Source: Phycisphaerales bacterium | Lineage (GTDB): Bacteria > Planctomycetota > Phycisphaerae > Phycisphaerales > UBA1924 | Assembly: GCA_965227775.1 (NCBI GenBank) | Contig: OZ245777.1 | Location: 2,752,001-2,816,000 of the forward strand | Reading direction: 5' to 3' | Length of the DNA: 64,000 nt | In this document: positions 55,348-64,000 of the stretch, in pieces | Position numbering within the stretch: the first letter of the stretch is position 1 | How the letters are laid out: each line of letters begins with the position of its first letter | Position numbers and translations under genes: made by a program | The notes under the pieces: generated by a model | What the model was told of the DNA's origin: nothing | Databases searched by the model: none | What the model saw: the letters and a program-made list of their open reading frames with translations, nothing else

Positions 55348-58152
55348 TTACCCGTGCGTTGTTCCTTCGCCTGGCGACGCATCCTCGGATGGTGCCTGCA
55401 CGCGTCCCATCATTGCCGCGTACCCAACGCCAGCACCCAAGAGGATCAACCCAACCACTGCCGAGCCGATGATGCGGGTCAGGCCGTCCAGGGCCGCCAT
55501 ATCAAGCAGCACGGCCTTGATCGCAGTGAGTGCGAGCAGCGCGAGGCCCGCCCATCGTACGGACGCGATGCCCCCGGCAATCCGCACGCCGAGCGCGATC
55601 ATCGCGACGGCGTACAGCGCCCACCAGACCGAGAGGGCCGCGTTCGGCGCCGCCTCGCCCGCGACACCCATCCAGGCCACCGAGCGGTACACCTCCGACG
55701 AACTCAGGACAAAGCCGAGCACGCCTGCGGCTACGAACACCGCCCGCCGGAGCATCCGCCGAACGACTGCTTGGTCCCATGGCACGCCATCGACGTCGGT
55801 CACGCGCCCGAGCCGCCAGCCCAGAGCGAGAAGAGTGGCGATCACGATGAGCCCAGACGCGATGTCGCGGTGCAGCAGCGGGGCCGCATCGATATCGCCC
55901 CAATCGCTGGTCGCCCGGTGACCGATCCAAACCGCCACGAGCAGCATCGAAGCAACGCTTGAAAGTGTGGAAAGCAGCCATGGACGCAGCAGGCTCGGAT
56001 TCACGACGGCAAGGACCGCCACGCTTGCCACGAGCAGCGACCAGCCTAAGAGCAGGTTGGCGAACGGAGTCCCATCGCCCAACAGCATCTCGCCGAACGC
56101 GGCCAGCGCGACAGCGACTGCGACCATGCGCACCATCGGCGGCACACCGCGCAGCGCACTAGCAGCGATCCAGGAGAGCCCCACGACCAGCAGCGACCAC
56201 GAGGCGTCGGTCCACGAGATGATGACATCGGCCGGCAGCGGTCGAGCGTTCTTCAGCGCGGCCGCCGCGGCGTACGAAGAAACGCCCGTGCCGAGCGCGA
56301 GGATCACCCCCGCTGTGTTTCGCAGGTCGATCCGCTTCAGCAAGATTGCCCCATGGGCCGCGAGGGCTCCAACCACCGCCCAAGCCGCGCCCAAGGCCAG
56401 AGCCTCGCTGCCCGGGCCTAGGAGCGCGAATGTGGCCGTTGCAAATGCCGTGATCGCCGTGATCTGGCGGTACACCGAGCGACGGAGCAGCACGGCTGCG
56501 AACCCGACCGCGGCGGCGACGACGTACACCTGCGCTGACCACTCGGAGAAACGCAGGCCGAGCACGCCCGTCGACGCCAGCGTGCCTTGCCGCTCATCGA
56601 AGACGGCAAACCAAAGGTCGAACGTGACGACTCGGGCCAACCCAAAGCCCATGAAGAGCAGGCCAAGCACGCTGGCCGCGGCGAAGTGCATCCGCACGCC
56701 AAACGCAACTGCCGCCAAGCCGACGAGCGCCCAGGTGATGACTTCGGCCGCGCCGCCCAGGCCGGTCGCGATCGTCAGTGCCAGGAGTGCCGCCGCATCG
56801 ATCACCAGTGCAGTCGACAGCGCGGAGCGCGCCGAAGGCTCGCCGGTCCAAAGCGATCGCCCCGGCGCGCTCACCAGCGCGACCCCAACCGACGCGAGCG
56901 TGAGGAAGGCGGGTACGAGCCATACCTCGCCGGCGGCGTGCTCGTGCACCGCGAACGCCATAAGCACCACGGCCCACACGGTCACGCCGAACACGGAGTT
57001 GATCCATCGAGCCTCGGGCGTCCACAGCGAACGCAGGTCGAACTCGATCGCCTCTCCCTGCTCGCGGCGCACGAAGCCGGTGTTTGATTCTTCGGGCCAG
57101 TCAACCCTGGGCCGCAAGCGCGAGAAGAAGCGTGCGGAGGCGTATAACTCGGCAATCGTCATGGCCCACACGAGTGACGCGAACACGATGACGGGCGTGA
57201 GGCGATCTTCAAACACGCTCAGGCCCCAGAGCGTGCCCAGGATCGCTGTGCCCCACCACCCGAGCCGGCGGATGATCGCGAATCCGTGGCCCTTCCAGCC
57301 TGCCAGCACAAGGCCCATCGCCAGCAGGGCCAGCAGGTACGCGGGCAACGCAACGTACGAGGGGGACTCTGTTCGCACCACCAGCGGCACGACGAACGCG
57401 CCAATAAGCGACAACCCGGCCAAGAGGACGCGGTTCGACAGCGCGCCGAGCAAGACGCCCGCGAGCGATGTGAGGGCGAGCAACCCGAACGCCACCGGCA
57501 TCGGCATGAGTTCGTAGATTCGCGCCGCGGCGAGAATCGACCCGAACACGATCGCTAGACCCGCCGCGCTCACGCCGCTGGAGGCCAGGTCGTTTATGCG
57601 TCGACGGAACACCTCGCCCACGGCAACGAGGCCAACCCCGAACGCGGCCCCCAGCGTACACCGCACCCAACCGGGTACCTGATCGACCCAGCCCCGGTCC
57701 CAGGCTTCCTTCAGAAAGAAGCCTGCAGCGATGACCAGCACGAGCACGCCGGCCAGCACGATGCCCTTGGCACCAACCAGCCACTCGAGTTCCGAGAGGT
57801 TCCACGCGCGACGAGCCCGTGCTTTGGGCTCGTCGTTTTTTGTTTCATTCGCGGGCAGTGGCGGAGCGGGCACGATCGGCGGCGCATCTTGCCGCATCGC
57901 GGCGGCTGCCAACTTTTTGTCGCGCAACTCTTCAAAGAGGCTCTTGGCCTTGGGCTCCTCGGCCGCCGGCTCTTCCACGACAGGCTCTTCAACTACGCGC
58001 TCTTCAGAGGCGGGCTCAACTTGCGTCGGCTCGGCCGTATCCGCAGCAAAGCGGGCTTCGAGCAATTCGAGCCGCTCCTGCAACGCCTTGAGCTGCGCGC
58101 GAACCTCCGACAACTCCTGCCGCGCATCATCGTGTGGCCGGTCCCCCATCAA
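55348..58152 (-). CDS. DUF2339-like multi-pass membrane protein
   Basis: N-terminal coiled coil, LEWLVG, many TMs, C-terminal LSVWWALYA...KAVLLD...RI. Confidence 0.85.
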   Translation of the reverse strand: MMGDRPHDDARQELSEVRAQLKALQERLELLEARFAADTAEPTQVEPASEERVVEEPVVEEPAAEEPKAKSLFEELRDKKLAAAAMRQDAPPIVPAPPLPANETKNDEPKARARRAWNLSELEWLVGAKGIVLAGVLVLVIAAGFFLKEAWDRGWVDQVPGWVRCTLGAAFGVGLVAVGEVFRRRINDLASSGVSAAGLAIVFGSILAAARIYELMPMPVAFGLLALTSLAGVLLGALSNRVLLAGLSLIGAFVVPLVVRTESPSYVALPAYLLALLAMGLVLAGWKGHGFAIIRRLGWWGTAILGTLWGLSVFEDRLTPVIVFASLVWAMTIAELYASARFFSRLRPRVDWPEESNTGFVRREQGEAIEFDLRSLWTPEARWINSVFGVTVWAVVLMAFAVHEHAAGEVWLVPAFLTLASVGVALVSAPGRSLWTGEPSARSALSTALVIDAAALLALTIATGLGGAAEVITWALVGLAAVAFGVRMHFAAASVLGLLFMGFGLARVVTFDLWFAVFDERQGTLASTGVLGLRFSEWSAQVYVVAAAVGFAAVLLRRSVYRQITAITAFATATFALLGPGSEALALGAAWAVVGALAAHGAILLKRIDLRNTAGVILALGTGVSSYAAAAALKNARPLPADVIISWTDASWSLLVVGLSWIAASALRGVPPMVRMVAVAVALAAFGEMLLGDGTPFANLLLGWSLLVASVAVLAVVNPSLLRPWLLSTLSSVASMLLVAVWIGHRATSDWGDIDAAPLLHRDIASGLIVIATLLALGWRLGRVTDVDGVPWDQAVVRRMLRRAVFVAAGVLGFVLSSSEVYRSVAWMGVAGEAAPNAALSVWWALYAVAMIALGVRIAGGIASVRWAGLALLALTAIKAVLLDMAALDGLTRIIGSAVVGLILLGAGVGYAAMMGRVQAPSEDASPGEGTTHG

Positions 58153-58249
58153 GAGTTAGTATACACTTTACTTTTTCGGGTGTCCACCGATAGCGGTTTC
58201 GGCATGTTGATCGCCGGCTGCGAGCCACAAGCCGCCAAGAATCGGCCTC

Positions 58250-59785
58250 ATGCCACACCACTCCTCCCTCGTGCTCGATGCGTCCGCACTCTCGATCGAC
58301 GACGTGGTCGCCGTCGCTCGCCAAGGCCGACCGGTCGCGGCGGCGCCGGCGGTCGTGAAGCAGCTGGCCGGGATGCGATCGAAGCTCGAAGCCCTGACGA
58401 CCGACGGCAACGCCTACTACGGCATCAACACCGGCTTCGGATCACTGGCCCGCACGCGTATCGATTCGGAGAAGCTCCGCGAGCTCCAGGCCAACCTCAT
58501 CCGCAGCCACGCGGCAGGCGTGGGCGAGCCCTTAAGCGAGGACATCGTTCGCGGCATGTTGCTGCTGTTGGCAGCATCGCTCTCGCGTGGCTACTCGGGT
58601 GTGCGCCCGGTTGTGGTCGAGACCATTATCGCCTGGCTCAATGCGGGGCTCACGCCGGTCGTTCCCTCGCTCGGCTCGGTAGGCGCATCGGGAGACTTGG
58701 CACCTCTGGCCCATGTCGTGCTCGCGATGATGGGCGAAGCTCCGACGATGGACGGGCGCACTCCGCAAGACGCCGGCATCGAGCCGCTCACGCTCGAGGC
58801 CAAGGAGGGCCTGGCACTTATCAATGGCACGCACCTGATGGCCGCGCGAGGTGCGCTCATGCTCTGCGACTATGCGAGTCTGTGGTACGCGGCGCTGTTT
58901 GCCAACGCCATGTCCATCGATGCGTTTCGCGCGAGCGATTCCTACCTGCACTCTGGCGCACACGCGATCAGGTTCGCGTTGCAGCCAACGACCGCCGCAG
59001 TGAATTTGGAGATGCTGCTGCACGGTAGCCAGATCTTGCCAAGCCACAAGACCGACGACCCGCGCGTCCAGGACCCATACTCGTTCCGCTGCTCTCCGTA
59101 CGTGCTCGAGGCGGTTGGCGACCTGGTGAACTATGTGCACAAGGCTGTGGAGCGCGAGCTCGGTGCTGTCACCGACAATCCGCTTCTCTTCCCGAACGGC
59201 GACACCCTCAGTGTTGTGAGCGCCGGGAACTTCCACGGCATGCCCATTGCCATCCCCCTGGACACGCTGTCCATCGCGGTCGCGCACATCGCGGGCATCA
59301 GCGAGAGGCGTGTCTTCGCCATTCTGGCTGCCAGCGACCCCGAAACCCATCTCCTTCCGTACCTCTCGCACGGTCCCGGGCTGCACAGCGGGCTCATGAT
59401 CGCCCAGTACACGGCCGCCGCCCTGGTCAACGAGATTGCGGGCCTTGCCAGCCCTGCCAGCGTCATCAATCTTCCGACGAGCGCTGGTATCGAGGACTAC
59501 AACAGTTTTGGACCCCGCAGCGCAGCCAAGGCCGCGAGATCGATTGAACTGGCTCGGCAAGTCGTCGCGATCGAATTGATCTGCGCCGCGGAGGGAATCG
59601 AGTTCCACCGCCCCCTCCGATCCGGTCACGGCATCGAAGAAGCGATCCGACACATCCGCGAAGTCGTACCGTCGTTTGCCGAAGATCGATCGCCAGCGCC
59701 GGCGATCGAAGCGGTTTCCGGCATGATCCAGCGCGGCGTGTTCGACGAGATCTACTCTTCTCTGGAGCCCTTCGAAGGCGAATAA
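58250..59785 (+). CDS. hutH: Histidine ammonia-lyase
   Basis: YGINTGFG, SHAAG, GASGDL (MIO), KEGLALING, QDPYSFRC, DNP, GNFHG; next to hutU. Confidence 0.95.
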   Translation: MPHHSSLVLDASALSIDDVVAVARQGRPVAAAPAVVKQLAGMRSKLEALTTDGNAYYGINTGFGSLARTRIDSEKLRELQANLIRSHAAGVGEPLSEDIVRGMLLLLAASLSRGYSGVRPVVVETIIAWLNAGLTPVVPSLGSVGASGDLAPLAHVVLAMMGEAPTMDGRTPQDAGIEPLTLEAKEGLALINGTHLMAARGALMLCDYASLWYAALFANAMSIDAFRASDSYLHSGAHAIRFALQPTTAAVNLEMLLHGSQILPSHKTDDPRVQDPYSFRCSPYVLEAVGDLVNYVHKAVERELGAVTDNPLLFPNGDTLSVVSAGNFHGMPIAIPLDTLSIAVAHIAGISERRVFAILAASDPETHLLPYLSHGPGLHSGLMIAQYTAAALVNEIAGLASPASVINLPTSAGIEDYNSFGPRSAAKAARSIELARQVVAIELICAAEGIEFHRPLRSGHGIEEAIRHIREVVPSFAEDRSPAPAIEAVSGMIQRGVFDEIYSSLEPFEGE

Positions 59786-59791
59786 TCAGCG

Positions 59792-61513
59792 ATGCAAACG
59801 ACTACTCCCGCGACCATCCGCGCCCCACGCGGCACCGCCCTGAGCTGCAAGACCTGGCAGGCCGAGGCAGCCATGCGGATGCTCATGAACAACCTCGACC
59901 CCGAGGTCGCCGAACGGCCCGAAGACCTGGTGGTGTACGGCGGGCGCGGTCGTGCGGCCCGCAATTGGGCGAGCTACGAGGCGATCATCACCACGCTCAA
60001 GCGTCTGGAAGTCGATGAGACGCTGCTTGTGCAAAGCGGCAAGCCCATCGGGGTCGTCCGCACGCACGAGGACGCTCCGCGCGTGCTCATCGCCAACAGC
60101 AACCTCGTGCCGCACTGGGCCACCCAGCAGCACTTTGACGAGCTCGAGAAGGCCGGGCTGATGATGTTCGGCCAGATGACCGCGGGCAGCTGGATCTACA
60201 TCGGCACGCAGGGCATCTTGCAGGGAACCTACGAGACGTTCGCCCAGTGCGCTCGCGACCACTTTGGTGGAACCCTGAAGGGCAAGCTCTGCGTCACCGC
60301 AGGCTGTGGCGGCATGGGCGGGGCGCAGCCGCTCGCCGTGACCTTGTGCGGCGGAGTCTGCCTCATCGCCGACGTCGATCTCACCCGCCTCCGCAAGCGC
60401 GCGCACGACAAGTACCTCGACGAGATCATTGATGGTGTCGATGCCGCCATCGATCGGGCCCTCGAGTGCAAGAGGACCGGCGAAGCCAAGAGCATCGGCG
60501 TCGAATGCAACGCGATCGAGTTGCTCGAACGATTGATTGAGCGCAACGAAACAGTCGACGCCCTCACCGACCAAACCAGCGCCCACGACCCGCTCGAGGG
60601 CTACACGCCCATCGAGTACACGTTTGAGCAGGCCAAGCACGCGCGGCAGGATGATCCGGACGCCTACCAGAAGTTATCGATGGATTCCATGGCCCGCCAC
60701 GTTCGCGCGATGCTCGAACTCCAGAAGCGCGGCGCGATCACCTTCGACTACGGCAACAACCTCCGCCAGCGCGCCAAGGACACGGGCGTTGCCAATGCCT
60801 TCGACTTCCCCGGATTCGTTCCGGCCTTCATTCGCCCACAGTTTTGCCTGGGTCGCGGCCCCTTCCGCTGGGTCGCGCTCTCCGGAGATCCGAAGGACAT
60901 CTACATCACGGACAAGGCGATCCTCGACGCCTTTCCGCGCGATGCCAACGACTACAACGCCCGCCTGCACGACTGGGTGCTGGGCTGCCACGCCAACCCC
61001 GATGCGCTCACGGCCGGCGACTTCGACAACTGCTCGCCACGCTTCGGCTGGCAGGGCCTGCCGGCTCGTATCTGCTGGCTGGGACTGGGCGAGCGCGATA
61101 AGGCGGGACTGATCTTCAACGACCTCGTGAAGTCAGGCAAGGTCAGCGCCCCCATCGTCATCGGCCGAGACCACCTCGACTGCGGCAGCGTCGCGAGCCC
61201 CAATCGCGAGACCGAGGCCATGAAGGACGGAACCGACGCCGTGAGCGACTGGGCGATCCTCAACTTCGCCGTCGCGACCGCCGGCGGAGCGAGTTGGACC
61301 AGCTTCCACCACGGCGGCGGTGTTGGCATCGGCTTCAGCCAGCACGCCGGTCAGGTCATCGTCGCCGACGGCACGGCCAAGGCCGCCGAACGCTTGAGGC
61401 GTGTCCTGACCAACGACCCGATGATGGGCGTCTTCAGGCATGCTGACGCAGGGTACGACGATGCGAAACGATGTGCATCGGATCTCGGCGTCGACATCCC
61501 GATGGCGGAGTAG
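59792..61513 (+). CDS. hutU: Urocanate hydratase
   Basis: [43 protein letters not shown]. Confidence 0.98.
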   Translation: MQTTTPATIRAPRGTALSCKTWQAEAAMRMLMNNLDPEVAERPEDLVVYGGRGRAARNWASYEAIITTLKRLEVDETLLVQSGKPIGVVRTHEDAPRVLIANSNLVPHWATQQHFDELEKAGLMMFGQMTAGSWIYIGTQGILQGTYETFAQCARDHFGGTLKGKLCVTAGCGGMGGAQPLAVTLCGGVCLIADVDLTRLRKRAHDKYLDEIIDGVDAAIDRALECKRTGEAKSIGVECNAIELLERLIERNETVDALTDQTSAHDPLEGYTPIEYTFEQAKHARQDDPDAYQKLSMDSMARHVRAMLELQKRGAITFDYGNNLRQRAKDTGVANAFDFPGFVPAFIRPQFCLGRGPFRWVALSGDPKDIYITDKAILDAFPRDANDYNARLHDWVLGCHANPDALTAGDFDNCSPRFGWQGLPARICWLGLGERDKAGLIFNDLVKSGKVSAPIVIGRDHLDCGSVASPNRETEAMKDGTDAVSDWAILNFAVATAGGASWTSFHHGGGVGIGFSQHAGQVIVADGTAKAAERLRRVLTNDPMMGVFRHADAGYDDAKRCASDLGVDIPMAE

Positions 61514-61525
61514 CGAGGAGAAGGC

Positions 61526-62089
61526 GTGCAACGTACGAAGTGGCGCCTCCTCGGCTTGATCGTCTCATTCGCCTTGCTGCCCGTCGGGTGCTCAGCACCA
61601 CCGCCCGCTCAAACGCCATTGCCTGCTGCATTCCATGCCGTCCACGGGTCGAGGATGGAGGGCTTGGTCTCCACCGAGTTCCTTATCGAACTCGGCGGCG
61701 ACCCTACGCCCGAGTTGCTGCGACTCACCTATTTGGAAGCCAAGGGCGTGCGGATCGTCGATAGACTTGAAAGCTTACGCCGAGGCGGCGCTTTTCCGGT
61801 CGCGTTTACCGTGTTCACATTCGCCGAGGGCGAAGCGATCCCGGTGTTCCATGCGGGAAGCGACAACGACGGCATCAGGCTCCAACTCATGGAGTTCGAC
61901 GGCACGCTCGCACTTGTTTACCAGATCCACACCAAGGACCCGATGATCTATGCCTGCGGCTGGTGGGACTTCTCCGAGCCCGGAGCCGTCAAGGGATGGC
62001 GGGTTCGCAGCGGCCACTGGATCAACAACGGCCAGTGCATCGAATTCACCGGCGTTGGCCCCCTGATCTGGTACGGGTTCTCGAAGTAG
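61526..62089 (+). CDS. Hypothetical lipoprotein
   Basis: GAGGAG SD; signal with LPVG|C. Confidence 0.65.
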   Translation: MQRTKWRLLGLIVSFALLPVGCSAPPPAQTPLPAAFHAVHGSRMEGLVSTEFLIELGGDPTPELLRLTYLEAKGVRIVDRLESLRRGGAFPVAFTVFTFAEGEAIPVFHAGSDNDGIRLQLMEFDGTLALVYQIHTKDPMIYACGWWDFSEPGAVKGWRVRSGHWINNGQCIEFTGVGPLIWYGFSK

Positions 62090-62170
62090 TCAGGCGGAGA
62101 CGTGCAGACAGGCCATCCGCCGCTGCTTGGATATGCTCCTCGGCACGAAGGCCACAGAAGGACCCAGATC

Positions 62171-62794
62171 ATGATCGCGCACCTCCACGGCACAATCGCG
62201 GACATCCAGAAGGGCAAGGCAACGATCGCCACCGCCTCTGGCGTGTCGTATGACGTGCTGCTGCCGCCCTACCTGGATGGCCAGATCGGCAGGGTTGGTG
62301 CCGCCGTGGAACTCTCTACCGTGCACGTGCTCGAGAGCCCCAACCAGGGCGCGACGTTCCTGCCGCGCCTCTTCGGCTTCGCGACCGCTGCCGACCGTGA
62401 GGTGTACGAGGCCATGACCCAGATCCGCGGCCTTGGGCATCGAAAGGCCTTGCGCGCGCTCGGCGAGCCGCCGTCCGAGGTCGGGGCAATGATCGCGCGC
62501 GGGGACGAGGTCGGGCTCAAGCGTCTGCCCGAGATCGGGGCCAAACTCGCCAAGACGCTCGTCGAGGAACTCGGCCAGACGTTCCGCGATAAGCTGGCGA
62601 TCGAACAGATGGAGTCGGCCGTGGAAGTGAAAGCCACGCCCAGCGACCCTCAGGCCGAGGATGCCGTGCGCGCCCTCATCGCGCTGGGCGAGCAGCCCGC
62701 CGAGGCATCACGCAAGGTCACGCTGGCGCGGCAGAAGCGCGATGACAAGGACGTCGAGGCGTCCGAGCTCGTGTCGCTCGCCCTTTCGCTCTGA
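62171..62794 (+). CDS. ruvA: Holliday junction branch migration protein RuvA
   Basis: MIAHLHG, GVSYDV, LFGF, HhH GLGHRKA and PEIGAKLA, C-terminal AVRALIALG. Confidence 0.9.
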   Translation: MIAHLHGTIADIQKGKATIATASGVSYDVLLPPYLDGQIGRVGAAVELSTVHVLESPNQGATFLPRLFGFATAADREVYEAMTQIRGLGHRKALRALGEPPSEVGAMIARGDEVGLKRLPEIGAKLAKTLVEELGQTFRDKLAIEQMESAVEVKATPSDPQAEDAVRALIALGEQPAEASRKVTLARQKRDDKDVEASELVSLALSL

Positions 62795-62827
62795 GACGTT
62801 CTCGGGAGCCCGGCATACGGTCCGCCG

Positions 62828-63973
62828 ATGGACGCACACCGCTACGCGATGGTCATGGCAGGGGGTTCGGGCACGCGTTTGTGGCCCATGAGCCGCAAGG
62901 CGCAACCCAAGCAGCTCCTGCGCTTCCTGACCGAGCCTGGAAGGTCGACGCCGAGGAGCCTCATCGAGGTGTCGGCCGGGCGGCTGGACGGCCTGGTTCC
63001 GAGCGAGCATCTCCTCGTGTGCACGCTGGAACGCTACCGCGACGACGTTGCGACCGTGTTGAACTCACTCTCGAAGGACCAAATCCTGGGCGAGCCCGTC
63101 GGGCGTGACACGGTGAACGCGGTTGGCCTGACCGCCGCCGTACTTGCGAGCAAGGACCCCCAGGCATCGTTCTGCGTCATGACAGCCGACCACGTGATCG
63201 AGCCGGTGGCGACATTCCAGGAGGTCGTCAAGCAAGGCTTCGAGCTGGTCGAGCGCGAGCCCCGCACGCTGGTGACCTTCTCAATCGAGCCAACACATCC
63301 GGCGACCGGCTATGGCTACGTGCGGCGCGGCGGCGCCATCGAAGGAACCGGCAATCTCGGCTATCACGTCGAGAAGTTCGTCGAGAAGCCGGACAAGGAG
63401 ACGGCAAAGCACTATCTCCAAGAGGGCGTCTACGGCTGGAACAGCGGCATGTTCGTGTGGAAGGCTCAGACGTTCCTCGATTGCCTGCGATCGTTCCTGC
63501 CGGCGTCACACGCCGGACTCATGGAGATCGCTCGCGCGTGGGACACCAGCGACCGCGACGCCGTGCTGCACCGGGTGTATCCGGAACTTCCAAAGAAGAG
63601 CGTCGACTACGCCGTTATGGAGCCGGCGACCACGCACGCGGCCCAGAACGCCGTCGGTGGCGCAATCTCGGTCGCGACGCTGCGCATGGACGTGTCGTGG
63701 CTCGATGTCGGGTCATGGGCCAGCTATGCAGCAACGCTTTCTGCCGATCCGAGCGAGAACCGCGTCGCCGCGATCGCCGACGAGGCGAGTGCGATTGCCC
63801 ACGAGAGCAGCGGCAACCTCGTGGTCAACAACGAGCCGGGTCACACCATCGCCCTCTTGGGCTGCGAGGACATGGTGGTCGTGCACACGCGCGGGGCGAC
63901 GCTCATCATGCCCAGCGCCCGGGCTGAAGCCCTCAAGGACCTGCACGCGACGCTTCCCGAGACGCTGATGTAA
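62828..63973 (+). CDS. manC: Mannose-1-phosphate guanylyltransferase (no PMI domain)
   Basis: MAGGSGTRLWP.SR...PKQ, EPVGRDT, ADH, TGYGY, FVEKP, WNSGMF, SVDYAVME, WLDVGSW. Confidence 0.92.
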   Translation: MDAHRYAMVMAGGSGTRLWPMSRKAQPKQLLRFLTEPGRSTPRSLIEVSAGRLDGLVPSEHLLVCTLERYRDDVATVLNSLSKDQILGEPVGRDTVNAVGLTAAVLASKDPQASFCVMTADHVIEPVATFQEVVKQGFELVEREPRTLVTFSIEPTHPATGYGYVRRGGAIEGTGNLGYHVEKFVEKPDKETAKHYLQEGVYGWNSGMFVWKAQTFLDCLRSFLPASHAGLMEIARAWDTSDRDAVLHRVYPELPKKSVDYAVMEPATTHAAQNAVGGAISVATLRMDVSWLDVGSWASYAATLSADPSENRVAAIADEASAIAHESSGNLVVNNEPGHTIALLGCEDMVVVHTRGATLIMPSARAEALKDLHATLPETLM

Positions 63974-64000
63974 TGGGCTTCGGCCCCGCCATCACGCGCT

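Noticed and set aside
58250..62794. Missing hutI/hutG and ruvB as pathway loss
   Set aside because: These genes may lie elsewhere in the genome; cannot be judged from one window.

Overview
High-GC, gene-dense bacterial DNA, inferred to be a planctomycete of the Phycisphaerales type from its GC-type dockerin-tailed proteins, PEP-CTERM-like VPAP/IPAP tails, prepilin-type proteins and an ECF sigma/Ser-Thr kinase pair. Housekeeping genes (tilS, pepP, lpxB, rdgB, tRNA-Leu(TAA), hutH, hutU, ruvA, manC-like) are interspersed with cell-surface genes. Highlights: (1) a four-gene operon at 1.8-9.1 kb with three membrane-fusion-protein domains, an RRE/PqqD-like + M50 protease and a truncated SecA ATPase but no ABC ATPase, a candidate SecA-powered type-I-like exporter; (2) a GT4 / Wzt / sulfotransferase-methyltransferase glycan operon; (3) an accessory region at 36.9-49.9 kb divided by three unannotated repeat pairs: a 68-bp hairpin direct repeat around a dockerin/putative glycosidase gene, a leader-plus-21-bp-unit element (3 units in one copy, 18 in the other) around a phytase/prepilin/dockerin operon, and a ~110-bp imperfect inverted repeat around an NLR-like nucleosidase-NTPase-TPR gene and a small HTH gene; (4) TAnnnT hexamers 5-8 nt before many start codons, suggesting leaderless transcription. 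All calls come from motif recognition and alignment by eye; no searches were run.
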